From contig MU054323.1 in assembly GCA_013239625.1 (NCBI GenBank), positions 12,841,694 through 12,878,898 on the forward strand: a stretch of 37,205 bases of DNA, in the 5' to 3' direction. Under the pieces are notes generated by a model. It had not been told where the DNA came from and ran no database searches. It was given only the letters and a program-made list of their open reading frames with translations. Below are positions 13,126 through 22,953 of the stretch, one piece after another. Source of the stretch: Lama guanicoe. Taxonomy: Eukaryota. The number at the start of each line of letters is the position of its first letter. Within the stretch, counting starts at the first letter, position 1. The translations under genes were made by a program, and so were the position numbers.

Positions 13126-13899
13126 TACTTGTTCCGTACGGAGATACCAAAAAGTATCTGCCATGGACATAGAACAGTCAACAAAATTTCACAATTTACC
13201 AGTCTCTGATATATTTTGGGTTTTGCTCACATATATAACTGGTAGCTAGAATTCTAGGCTAGTAAAAGATTATATCAGTTTATGTTTAGGTACTATATAT
13301 TCACTTATTGCCTCTTATCAAAGCAGAAACTCAGTGCCTATTTAAAACCTCTTCTATGTGAGACATCTCACTGTTCTGATCTGAGGCAAAATTTGGTAAT
13401 TGTCAATACCTTCCCTTATTTTACTAGTTTTTAGCACCTGAGAAATTTATATGTCCTTAAGTACTTTTCTCTCTTATACTTTTATTGACCAGTAAAGAAC
13501 TTTAGTTGACTTTAAATAACCTGTTTGCAGGGTGTTTTGGTGACTATGAAGTCTATAAGAATTATAATCAAATAATGTTAATTAAAAATATAACCAAAGA
13601 TGAACTCAGGAATTCATGTCATTATTTTCCCTTCATTATTGCAGAATTTTGGAGGTGGAATAAGTTTTGGTCATCTTTTAGTCCAACTTTTTTCTTTTTA
13701 TAGATAAGATGTCTTACTCCTAGAGAAGTTATTTATCCACTTATTTAAGGGCATATAGATAATAGCTGGGAAGATAGAGGAACCCAAGTTGGTTTTGGAA
13801 AGATTCACATTAATTTGAGATTTTTACAAAGTTAATGAATTATTTAAAACCTTACTATTATTTGATGTTAAAAAATGGATCTTATTAAAAAAATTTTTT

Positions 13900-14045
13900 A
13901 TAGCTGAAAGAAACCTTAGAGACCATCAGATCAAATCTCAACAGTATGTAGACAAGGAAAAAGAGGCCTAAAGATGGTCAAGACCTTTCCCAAGGGTTAT
14001 GCAGCTCATGGGCAGAGATCCTGGTCTAGAACCCAGTTCTTTTTG
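13900..14045 (-). mobile_element. MIR SINE
   Basis: accttagagaccatc...gacaaggaaaaagaggcc...cccaagggttatgcagct...ctagaacccag, the antisense MIR core. Confidence 0.7.
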
Positions 14046-15353
14046 TTTTCAGTACGTTTTTCCCTCTTTGCCAGGCCTCTTATTTAAAAATGTTTTGTGT
14101 GTCACAATTTACGAATGACTTATTTTCAAAAAGCTTATGAGCTTATGTTCTTTGTCATTTGGAGCGTTTTGTTGTAAAGAAAAAATGCTGTCAAGCAGTG
14201 ATGAAGCTTCTGAGCTGCCTCACCAAAGTGTGCCTGGATGACAGTAATGAAAGTATCATTTCATGATACCTAGTTGTTGTTTACAGTGTTGTGCCCTTGG
14301 GAGAGCATGTTCCCAATTCTATCCAGGGAACGCCAGGGAAAAAAACCTATCATGTGATTTTCATACATGTTAGTCACTATGAATTTGCGTTTCTGTTTCA
14401 GAAGAAATGTTTTTGTACACCTCTGCCCCTCTGTAAAAGAGGACAAAGAAAAGGCCCTTTCTCTGTCTCTTTCTTTATCTCTCTGAGCCCCTGCAGTGTG
14501 CCAGGCCACACAGAAGGCACTGGCGGACCAAACAGCTAGGGCCTCTGCCCTGAGGGATCCGAACTTGATGCAGTGACAGTCGCTGGGTAGAGGTGGAGTC
14601 AGAAGACTGTGACAGAGCCAGCAGAAGGCGGTGGGTGGTCATTCTCACGTCCTAAATTGACTGGAGGCGAGAGCAGTGACCCTCGTTTGGGGACACGCTG
14701 GAGACTGGATCAGCTCCGCTCACCGTCTGCACAGAGTGGAGCCTGAGTCCTCACCAGCTGGGCTTCGTAGTTCCCTTGGGGCTCTCTCCACTGGGTGTGC
14801 TTGCTCAACCACGAGACTGGAAATTTTATAAAAATAGAATTTTCTTCATAAGTCAGTAGAGCGTTACAGCACATATGTCCTGTTTAACTTTCTTTTTCCT
14901 TACCTGATGTCCCAGTATGACGGATTCTGACCTCGTGGGCAGCAGTGTTTTGTAACATATATTAAACCCAGTCTATCTGCAGTTCCCTCCTTTTAGAAAG
15001 ACTTTCCCAAGTCTGCATATCTCCCAACCAAATAAATATAAGATAAATGCATTCTTCAGTGATATCATTATCCAGTCAGTTCCTTCTGTAAAGCTTTTCA
15101 AATGTCTGTTTTTCAGATTGCATTTTACTTTCAGTGTTTCATGAGACTGTTTTGCTTGACCCTCACATAAAAGTCTCAGGCAAACTCTTGTTCTCATGCC
15201 AGCGTAGAAAACAGTCTTACTGGTAGTTTTTCCTAGGAAAATCCCTGCTTTGGCATTCAAACCCTTTAAAGCCAAGCTTTAGCTGACAGGCCTGGTCTGT
15301 GCTGATCTGTGTACCGTGACCGTTACTGGTAGAGTGACCATGTGGTTGGGAGC

Positions 15354-15820
15354 TGTGGGGGAGGGAAAAGTTTTCCTCGACCCTATTAGGGTCCCTGGCT
15401 GGGTCTGAAAGTTAAACTGACAAAGACAGATTAACAAGAGAAAAGCACCCAAATTTATTTAATATAGGTTTTGTGTGACATGGGATCTCATAAGGAAATG
15501 AAGACTGAAGAAACAGTTAAAGCTGAGTATTTTTGTGCTAGGTGTGATGAAGTGTGGGCAGTCATGGAGGAATATGGCAGGTCAAAGGAAAGTGCAGTAA
15601 ACTGGGAGAAACTTAGTAAGATTTGCTTGTTGGGATTCTGGTCAGTGTCCCTTTGTCTTCAGAGGAAGGGATGCTCCTTTCCTCCGGATGTAGGGAGGGC
15701 ACCTCTCACGTGACGGTTTTATGACTTTCAGGGAAGAGGAGTGGGGGAAGGTCAGAGTGATCTTCCTGCTTGTGCTGTTTTCTCAAACTTCTTTAGTTTA
15801 AAATGCTCTATGCCCAGGTA
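15354..15820 (-). mobile_element. Solo ERV1-class LTR, MER41/LTR39-like (family assignment tentative)
   Basis: Begins TG at 15354. AATAAA on the minus strand at 15454-15459. Motifs gacagattaacaagagaaaagca and ggaaggtcagag...ttcctgc...ttctcaaa...aaaat resemble recalled laurasiatherian MER41-like LTRs. Right end appears truncated. Confidence 0.7.
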
Positions 15821-15944
15821 GCTGAGGGTAGGTGATGGCTAATGCTGCCCCCTGTGCCCACTTGCGGGCCGGGGAGCGTTTCCAATAAGGGTGTGAGGAA
15901 GTGTTGTAGGAGGAGAAGTCCCGCAGGGGACCGCGTGTGCTGTT

Positions 15945-16150
15945 CAGCAGGTGCTCTCAGAGGCTTTTTCAGTGTTGACTCTCCATGCATATTTAATCCT
16001 CACAACTCTATGGGTGATGGGAATTACTGTTCCTACTATAGAGAGGAGGGAAGAGAGATCCTCTGAGGTCAGGTACCTTCCCAAGGTGACCCAGCTAATC
16101 ACCTCACTTGGTGGAGCTGAGATTCTGATCAGGCTTGGGCTGACTTGGAG
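15945..16150 (-). mobile_element. MIR SINE
   Basis: atttaatcctcacaactctatg...gaggtcaggtaccttcccaaggtgacccagcta. Confidence 0.72.
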
Positions 16151-16599
16151 ATTTTCCCCAGAGCCATTTCTTCAGTGTGCTTCCATGCTGTCACGAGGTT
16201 ACAGAGACAGTCCCTTTAACACACTGAAGAGAAAAAAGGCAGTGATGCAACCCACCATAAGTAGCAGAATCAGTGTGCAACTTCACTTAATGAAGAAAAT
16301 TCTTCCTTCCTTTTGAAAATTCTTGAGATCGCATTTTATAATAAAATCTTCCACCCACAATGTCACACAATTTAAGAATTAGCTTTTTAATGTCTTCAGT
16401 TTCATCATGTATATCTTTATAGTGCTATATATACTTACTTATGTTGATAAATTCATCCTTTTTGTAGATTTAAGTTAATGGAAACTAACAAGATAAGGAT
16501 ATACATTAATCTTGTAAACTGTACTTCAAGGAGATAAAAATATTTTAATTTGCAAACTTAGTTATAGAAGAGTTAAGATTACTTAATAGTCATTGCTTT

Positions 16600-16715
16600 A
16601 GTGTGTAAGTTCTCTGAGGGCAGGACCTTGTTTGTCTTGCTGCTACTTTGTCCCTGGGGCCTTGTGCACACTCCTTGTACAGAGTAGGTGCTCAAGAGAA
16701 TGAATGAATTAATTA
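16600..16715 (+). mobile_element. L2 3' end
   Basis: tgtaagttctctgagggcaggaccttgtttgtcttg...agtaggtgctcaa...tgaatgaat, the L2 terminal repeat pattern. Confidence 0.8.
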
Positions 16716-16927
16716 ACACAGTGCAGCAAGAATTTATTCCTCTGATTTTCCTTCTCCCTTATTTGTGTATTCTTTGTTTACCCCTCTTCTTCCACTTCCT
16801 TTAATCTAGCAGTTTCCTGAAGCTCTTTACGGAGTCCTCTTCTTACATTACTCTGCCAGTGTTTCCTGGGTACTGTCATCTATTCCTTGGAGAAAGTGTT
16901 AAAAAAAAATATAAAGATGTTGTTATG

Positions 16928-17615
16928 TAGCCATAAAAAATGAAATCTTGCCATTTGCAACATGGATGGATCTAGGGGGTATTTTGCCAAGTGGAATAAG
17001 TCAGAAAGAGAAGGACCACATGATCTTACTTATATGGTGAGTCCAAAAAACAGAACAAGCAAACAAAACAAAATGAAAACAGACTCATAGATACAGAGAA
17101 GAAAAAAAAAGCCTTTTACAGAAAATTTTATTTTGAGAATTTAAAGAAAATCTTGACATGAAGTGGGGACAAAAAATGATCCTTAGGCCTACAGGGCCCG
17201 AAACTGCTGGATCACAGCCAGGATGTGAGGGTCTAATTCAGCAGTGAAGAGCAGGCTCTCCAGGGTCACCACGTACTGCTGGATTATTTGGTGATGCTGC
17301 AGGAAGACTTGCGGGAGCCTCTCTGTACAGTTCTCATACCATGGTTTTAATACACTGGTTGCCAGAAGTGAGGTGGGGTGGGCAAAACAGATGAAGAGAT
17401 TAACAATTGTAAACCTGCAGGTATAAAATAAATAAGTCATGTGTAAGGAATATGGTCAATATGGTCAATAATATTGTAGTGACTTTGGGAAAAGATGGTT
17501 ACTAGGCTTGTGGTGGTCACTTCATAGTGTATGCAAGTATCAAATCATTATATAGTACACCTGAAACATAATGTACATCAACTCCATTTCAATAAAAAAG
17601 GAAAAAAAAAAGAAA
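16928..17615 (+). mobile_element. L1 (L1MA-like) 3' fragment split by the NCBP1 retrocopy
   Basis: agccataaaaaatgaaatcttgccatttgcaacatggatgga...acagactcatagatacagagaa, then the insert, then actggttgccagaag...gtacacctgaaac...caataaaaaag. Confidence 0.88.
17111..17359 (-). pseudogene. NCBP1: Processed pseudogene fragment of NCBP1/CBP80 (C-terminal ~58 codons plus ~70 nt of 3' UTR)
   Basis: Minus strand reads [57 protein letters not shown], against recalled NCBP1 C-terminus [61 protein letters not shown]>TAG nonsense at 17189-17191, original TAA at 17183-17185, AATAAA at 17127-17132 (minus). Confidence 0.9.
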
Positions 17616-17988
17616 GTAGTTGAAGCTCATGTGTCCCAGTGCAATTTCCAAAAAGATAGAAAGAAAGAAAAAGATGTCATTCTGGGGATCAAGAGACCAA
17701 CTATTACAGTCAGCTTTGGCTACTAATGAAGGTGTGACGTTGAGCAAGTGATCTAACCTGCTAGTGCTTTATTGTAAAAGAGTTGGCTTAGATTTGCAGT
17801 TGAAAATTCAAATACCCACAGGGGCCAGCTAGGTAGTACAGACGGTGGAAGTGAGCTGGGCATGATACAGTAAGGATCTGTAGGGACTGTGATGCAGTGT
17901 GCACTCCACTGAAGGACTTGCTGACTGTCAGTGAGCATGTGGAGTTAAAATGAATTTACCAAAGACAAATGCTTCTATTAGCTTAGCC

Positions 17989-18258
17989 TAGTAGTTCTTA
18001 AATTTGGCTGTACTTAGGAATTACCTGGGGAGTGTTTTAAAAACCACCGATGCTCAGATCCTGCTCTGAGATGTTATTTACTTAAAATTTTTCTTTATTT
18101 TTTATTTTTTTAATAGGAGTAGAGTCAATTTACAATGTGTCAATTTCTGGTGTACAGCATAATGTTTCAGTCATATATGTATTCCTTTTCATGATTTACT
18201 TTTAAAATACTAAAATCTTCTAAAGTGCTTCTAATGCACAGCTAGGTTTTGAATGATT
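17989..18258 (+). mobile_element. MER5-family MITE interrupted by a short antisense L1 3' end (~18088-18193)
   Basis: tagttcttaaatttggctgtacttaggaattacctgggga...ttctaatgcacagc flanks ttt...tttacaatgtgtcaatttctggtgtacagcataatg. ATTTACTT occurs on both sides of the L1 piece. Confidence 0.7.
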
Positions 18259-19049
18259 AATTGGACTCCAGTTAACTAGGATATTTTTTACACTTGACTT
18301 TTAAAAATAAGCAAATAATCAAGGATGTGACCAGTTTTCAGACAAATAAGCCTTTTGTCTTTCTTTGAAGCACTCTTTACTGGAAGTTATTGTGAATGAT
18401 CACCTAGGGACAATATTGGGTTCCCTGTCATCAGCAAAGAGCTTAACTTGTGTGCGTTAAGCAGTCCCCATTGTATCATAATACATTTCGCCCCAGTTTT
18501 TGCTCACCTGCAAGTGTCACTTTCCCCTCACTACATCTGGGTCATATGCAGTGGTTTCTGCTACATTCTCTGAACTGATGGCAGTTACAGCTTTCTCTCA
18601 GGTTAGAATTCAGTATGTGCATATTCAGAGTTTTCTCATAGGCCAGTCTCTCTTTAGATACCCCATCTAGGGAAGCATTTTAACTAAAATTGGAGACGCC
18701 CTAACCTAACCAAGACTAGAAAACATTCTTAAAATTTTAGAATCCTTAAAGTTTGATTTGCATCTGCATCAACACATTAGGAAATTTTTTAAGTGAAGAG
18801 GTACCAGATTTCTAATTATTTGTTTTCATTTGTGAGTTTGGATGATTTTTAAAAATTTATTTCAACTTTGAGAAAGGTGGCATTTGTTTTTATGTAATTT
18901 ATTTTCTCAATTTTTTAATAACTCAGATAAAAGATTTATTAATTTATGGTATGATATATATTCTGCTTATTGTTTTGATTATCTGGAAAGATTGATTCAT
19001 TTTTTAAGGAATTTTTTCAATAGAACAGGGCAACTAGGTTAAATAATGA

Positions 19050-19412
<363 letters not shown>

Positions 19413-19555
19413 TAATATCATACGTGTTTGTTATGGATATGAAATAATGAAACAGCTTTCCTTTCATGCAATCATTTTATTATTTTAGAGTAGTTCTAGA
19501 GTTTGCTTGGCTCTAAAACCCAGCAGTTTCACTTAGCTCTGTGACCATAGCATTT

Positions 19556-19856
19556 TGTTTGTGGTTTGTTTTTTATTTGAGATGTTTTATTTATTTATTA
19601 AATTGAAGTACAGTCAGTTACAATGTGTCTATTTCTGGTATACAGCATGGTGTCCAGTCATGCATATACATACATATATTCATTTTCATATTCTTTTTCA
19701 TTAAATATTTTTATAAAATGTTGAACATAGTTCCTTGTGCCATACAGAAGAAACTTGTTTTTTTAATCTATTTTTATATATAGTAGCTAACATTTGCAAA
19801 TCTCAAACTCCCAGATTTATCCCTTACCATCCCCTTTCCCAGGTAACCATAAGATT
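19556..19856 (-). mobile_element. Camelid-type L1 3' end inserted into a MIR
   Basis: aattgaagtacagtcagttacaatgtg...cccctttcccaggtaaccataag. Flanked by CATAGCATTT / CATAGTATTT (probable TSD). Confidence 0.85.
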
Positions 19857-19884
19857 CATAGTATTTAACTTCTCTAAAGGAAAC

Positions 19885-20336
19885 TGTTCCTCTATTCAAC
19901 AGTTTTCAACAGCAGACTTGTTGGTCTCTCACACCAAGCATTTCTTCACTTCCTTGTGGACATCAACTGGGTGTCCTATAATTTAATTCCATTCTGACAC
20001 TATATGGAATTAGTGCAGACCCCACAGGTTAAGGCTCAGTCCCATAGGACTGTCCTCCATTTCAGATTCCTATCTCAGATCTGCTACTTCTGACCTACTG
20101 GCTATAAATCAGGGGTTCTCACAACCTCCTTTTGAGTTCAGATTTGATAATTTGCTAGAATGGCTCACAGAACTCAAGGAAACAATGACTATTACTGCTT
20201 TATTATAAAGGATATTATAAAGCACATACAAATGAACAGCCAGCATCTTTTCTAACCCCTACCACTCAGGACGTTAAGAGAGTTTTAGAAGCTCTGTGCT
20301 GGGACCTAGAGCTTATTTATTTTTTATTATATTACA
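19885..20336 (-). mobile_element. MER21-family LTR
   Basis: caactgggtgtcctataatttaattc...tagtgcagaccccacaggttaaggctcagtccca...ttgataatttgctagaatggctcacagaactca. The reverse complement starts TGTAATAT...GCACAGAGCTTCTAAAAC. Confidence 0.82.
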
Positions 20337-20393
20337 GCATCACATCTCTAATTTTAATTTTTATCATCTGTAAAAGAGGGTGATAATAATAGT

Positions 20394-20463
20394 ACTATAT
20401 ATTACCTATATATATATATATATAAATATACTATATATTACTATATATATTATATATATAATA
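20394..20463. repeat. Imperfect (TA)n microsatellite
   Basis: Runs of tatatata with interruptions, directly visible. Confidence 0.9.
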
Positions 20464-20787
20464 AACCTATACTGTTTATAGTGAGTATTCAGAGAGATAA
20501 TATAAGAGTTAGTAAAAAAAAAAGATATGCAGTTTCACAGAGAGATTGTATAAGGAAATAAAATTCAGCCTAATGCAGAAATATTCACTAATGAACTGAA
20601 ATTAATAATCTCTATTCCAAAGTGTTTTTTTAAACTAATGAAGAATATTTTGTTAATTTCTATTTCTAAAAATGCTTCTAATGGACACCTCACTAAGCTT
20701 AGTGCACTTGATTGATGCTTCTGGAAACACAAAGATTATTCCATAGGTTCCGTATCTTTCCTAACTCTGACCACTGATGGAGTCTAG

Positions 20788-21020
20788 AGCAGTGGCACCT
20801 CAGTAGCAGTGAACACACCTAGTGTCCAGATCTTGATTTCTAAATACCATTCTTCAATAATGGGAACCAGGGCTCCTTGGATAGATGGCTCATTTTAGGA
20901 CTGGGGCAGTGGAAGCAGGGAAAATACAAGATGAGCCTGGAATATCTTGTGTAGCGCGAGAAAGTAAGGTAGTGCTTCAAAAGGTTAGGGGACAAGTCAG
21001 AAGGACACAGGAGCTAATGA
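20788..21020 (+). mobile_element. L1MC-type 3' UTR fragment
   Basis: cagtagcagtgaacacacctagtgtccagatcttgatttctaaataccattct...aaccagggctccttgga...aaaatacaagatgagcctgg. Confidence 0.78.
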
Positions 21021-21307
21021 GATAGAACAGTGTGAACTAGTAACATAGTAGAAGTCATAAAACTTCCGTGTGGCTGCTTAAATTTAAATGTCTTAAGAAA
21101 AAAATGTTTACAGTGATTATTTTTCAAAGACTGAGAAAAGTTAGGAAACCAAACAATATGAGCACTTTAAAAATCAGTCTTTAAGAGCATTTAACATGTT
21201 TTTTTTTTTTTTTTTGGAAATAGCCTACCTGCTTTAAAAATCTATTAGTTGGCAGGTTAAAGCAGATGTTTATCTGAATTAAGTGAAATTTTTGTTTAAA
21301 AAAATCC

Positions 21308-21611
21308 AAGAAATAGACTCATAGACATAGAATACAAACTTGTGGTTGCCAAGGGGGAGGGGGTGGGAAGGGACAGACGGGGAGTTCGAAATTTGTAGAT
21401 ACTGAAAGGTATATATTACAATAGATAAACAAGATTATACTGTATAGCACAGGGAAATATACACAAGATCTTGTGGTAGCTCACAGTGAAAAAGAATGTG
21501 ACAATGAATATATGTGTGTTCATGTATAACTGAAAAATAGTGCTCTACACTGGAAATTGATACGTTGTAAACTGACTATAACTCAATAAAAAAATGTTAA
21601 AAAAAAAAAAG
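21308..21611 (+). mobile_element. Young camelid L1 3' end with poly(A)
   Basis: agaaatagactcatagacatagaatacaaacttgtggttgcc...tgtatagcacagggaaatat...ctcaataaa, followed by an A tail. Confidence 0.9.
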
Positions 21612-22294
21612 AAACATGGTAATTCTAGAATTTCTCTGTGTAAGTTTAGTTCAGCAAACCAGTAAGAGGGTTACCAAGTTACTATGAATATCAGTGCTAC
21701 TAACTTCCTGTTAGCAAACATTTATTGAATTCTTAGTCTCTATGGGCCTTGGATATACTTAGTTAATACATGGTCTTTCACTTCACGCTTTGCACTCATG
21801 TCTTCTGTTAATTTTGGCATATAAAATAGCCAAGTCATCTTTCATTTTTCTTTTGTAGTGGCAAATTTAACTTAAAAAGTGTCAAAGTAAACTTGTTCAT
21901 AGGTGTGTAAAATATATTTTCAATTTGAAACCTGCATGATTCTCCGAATTGTGCAGAGGACGCTTTTAGATGTCAAATAACAAGGATGTGCTTTGCCTGG
22001 GGAAAATGAATATAAGAAAGTGCCTAGTCACCATACTCCCTGTCCTGGCCTTCCCATATCCAGGGTCTCTTCATCTTGTTGTCCAAGTGTTGCATTAGGA
22101 AGAGAGTGAGTTAGCTCCCTACCTATAGGACACAGTGAGGGAGTTGTTATTTCTGCCTCTACAGGGAAAATCAGAAAATCTTTCACTCCCCAACCCACAG
22201 AATTTGGAAATTAGTCAGGTCATGAGACAAGATAAATGCAAGATTTGTCTAATTTTCTGTCACTTGTTGAGCCATTTACCTCATAATCTGAAGT

Positions 22295-22346
22295 TTTGCC
22301 AGTTCCTCTGATTCAGAGTTTTTGCCAATTCCTCTGATTCAGAGTT
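22295..22346. repeat. 26-bp tandem duplication (2 copies, 1 mismatch)
   Basis: TTTGCCAGTTCCTCTGATTCAGAGTT followed by TTTGCCAATTCCTCTGATTCAGAGTT. Confidence 0.95.
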
Positions 22347-22915
22347 TGATATTACTGAGTTTGTTGAAGTTCTTGTATCCCTGAAGAATAAGAGAAAAAT
22401 GATCTTAAAAATACATGTATACGTAAAACAGTGTTTTCAAAAAATTGTTTTAGTTTCTGTGGATATCTGTTCCCTTCCTCAGCTGTACAACGTGATAAAA
22501 TGGTAAAATGTTAAAGCCGAAGGAAAAATAAGCTAGAAGGAGTTCTTAGTGAGAAGCTTAATCTTGTCACATTGCAAGTTGAAGACATGCAGGTATGATG
22601 AAGTCATATGAACTGCCCCAGTTTGCCTGGCTGCTTAATGACAGAGTCTGAATTTTACCTTACCCAGTGATGGGCAGTTACATTGAAGGATGCAATGGCA
22701 GGTTCAAAAGATGGCAGATTGGGCAGGGATTTCTGGGTGAGATGTGCAAACTTAAAAAGAGAACGTTGTGTCATCCATAAAGGTAAAAAAAACCCCAGAA
22801 AATCGAAGTTATAAGATCCACAGAGGAAGAAGGAACTCCAAGTGGAGGACAGTTCATTAAAAACACACTCCCTCATGGGAATTATTCTAGGCTAAAATTT
22901 CTTTAATTATTGCAT

Positions 22916-22953
22916 GTTCAGGGCTATGTTGATGGTTCAGGGCTATGATGAAG
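22916..22953. repeat. 19-bp tandem duplication (2 copies, 2 mismatches)
   Basis: GTTCAGGGCTATGTTGATG followed by GTTCAGGGCTATGATGAAG. Confidence 0.9.

Noticed and set aside
17189..17440. 83-aa ATG-initiated chimeric ORF (antisense L1 + NCBP1 C-terminus)
   Set aside because: The N-terminus is fortuitous antisense L1 sequence, there is no promoter evidence, and the NCBP1 part carries non-conservative changes and a nonsense codon. Treated as a pseudogene.
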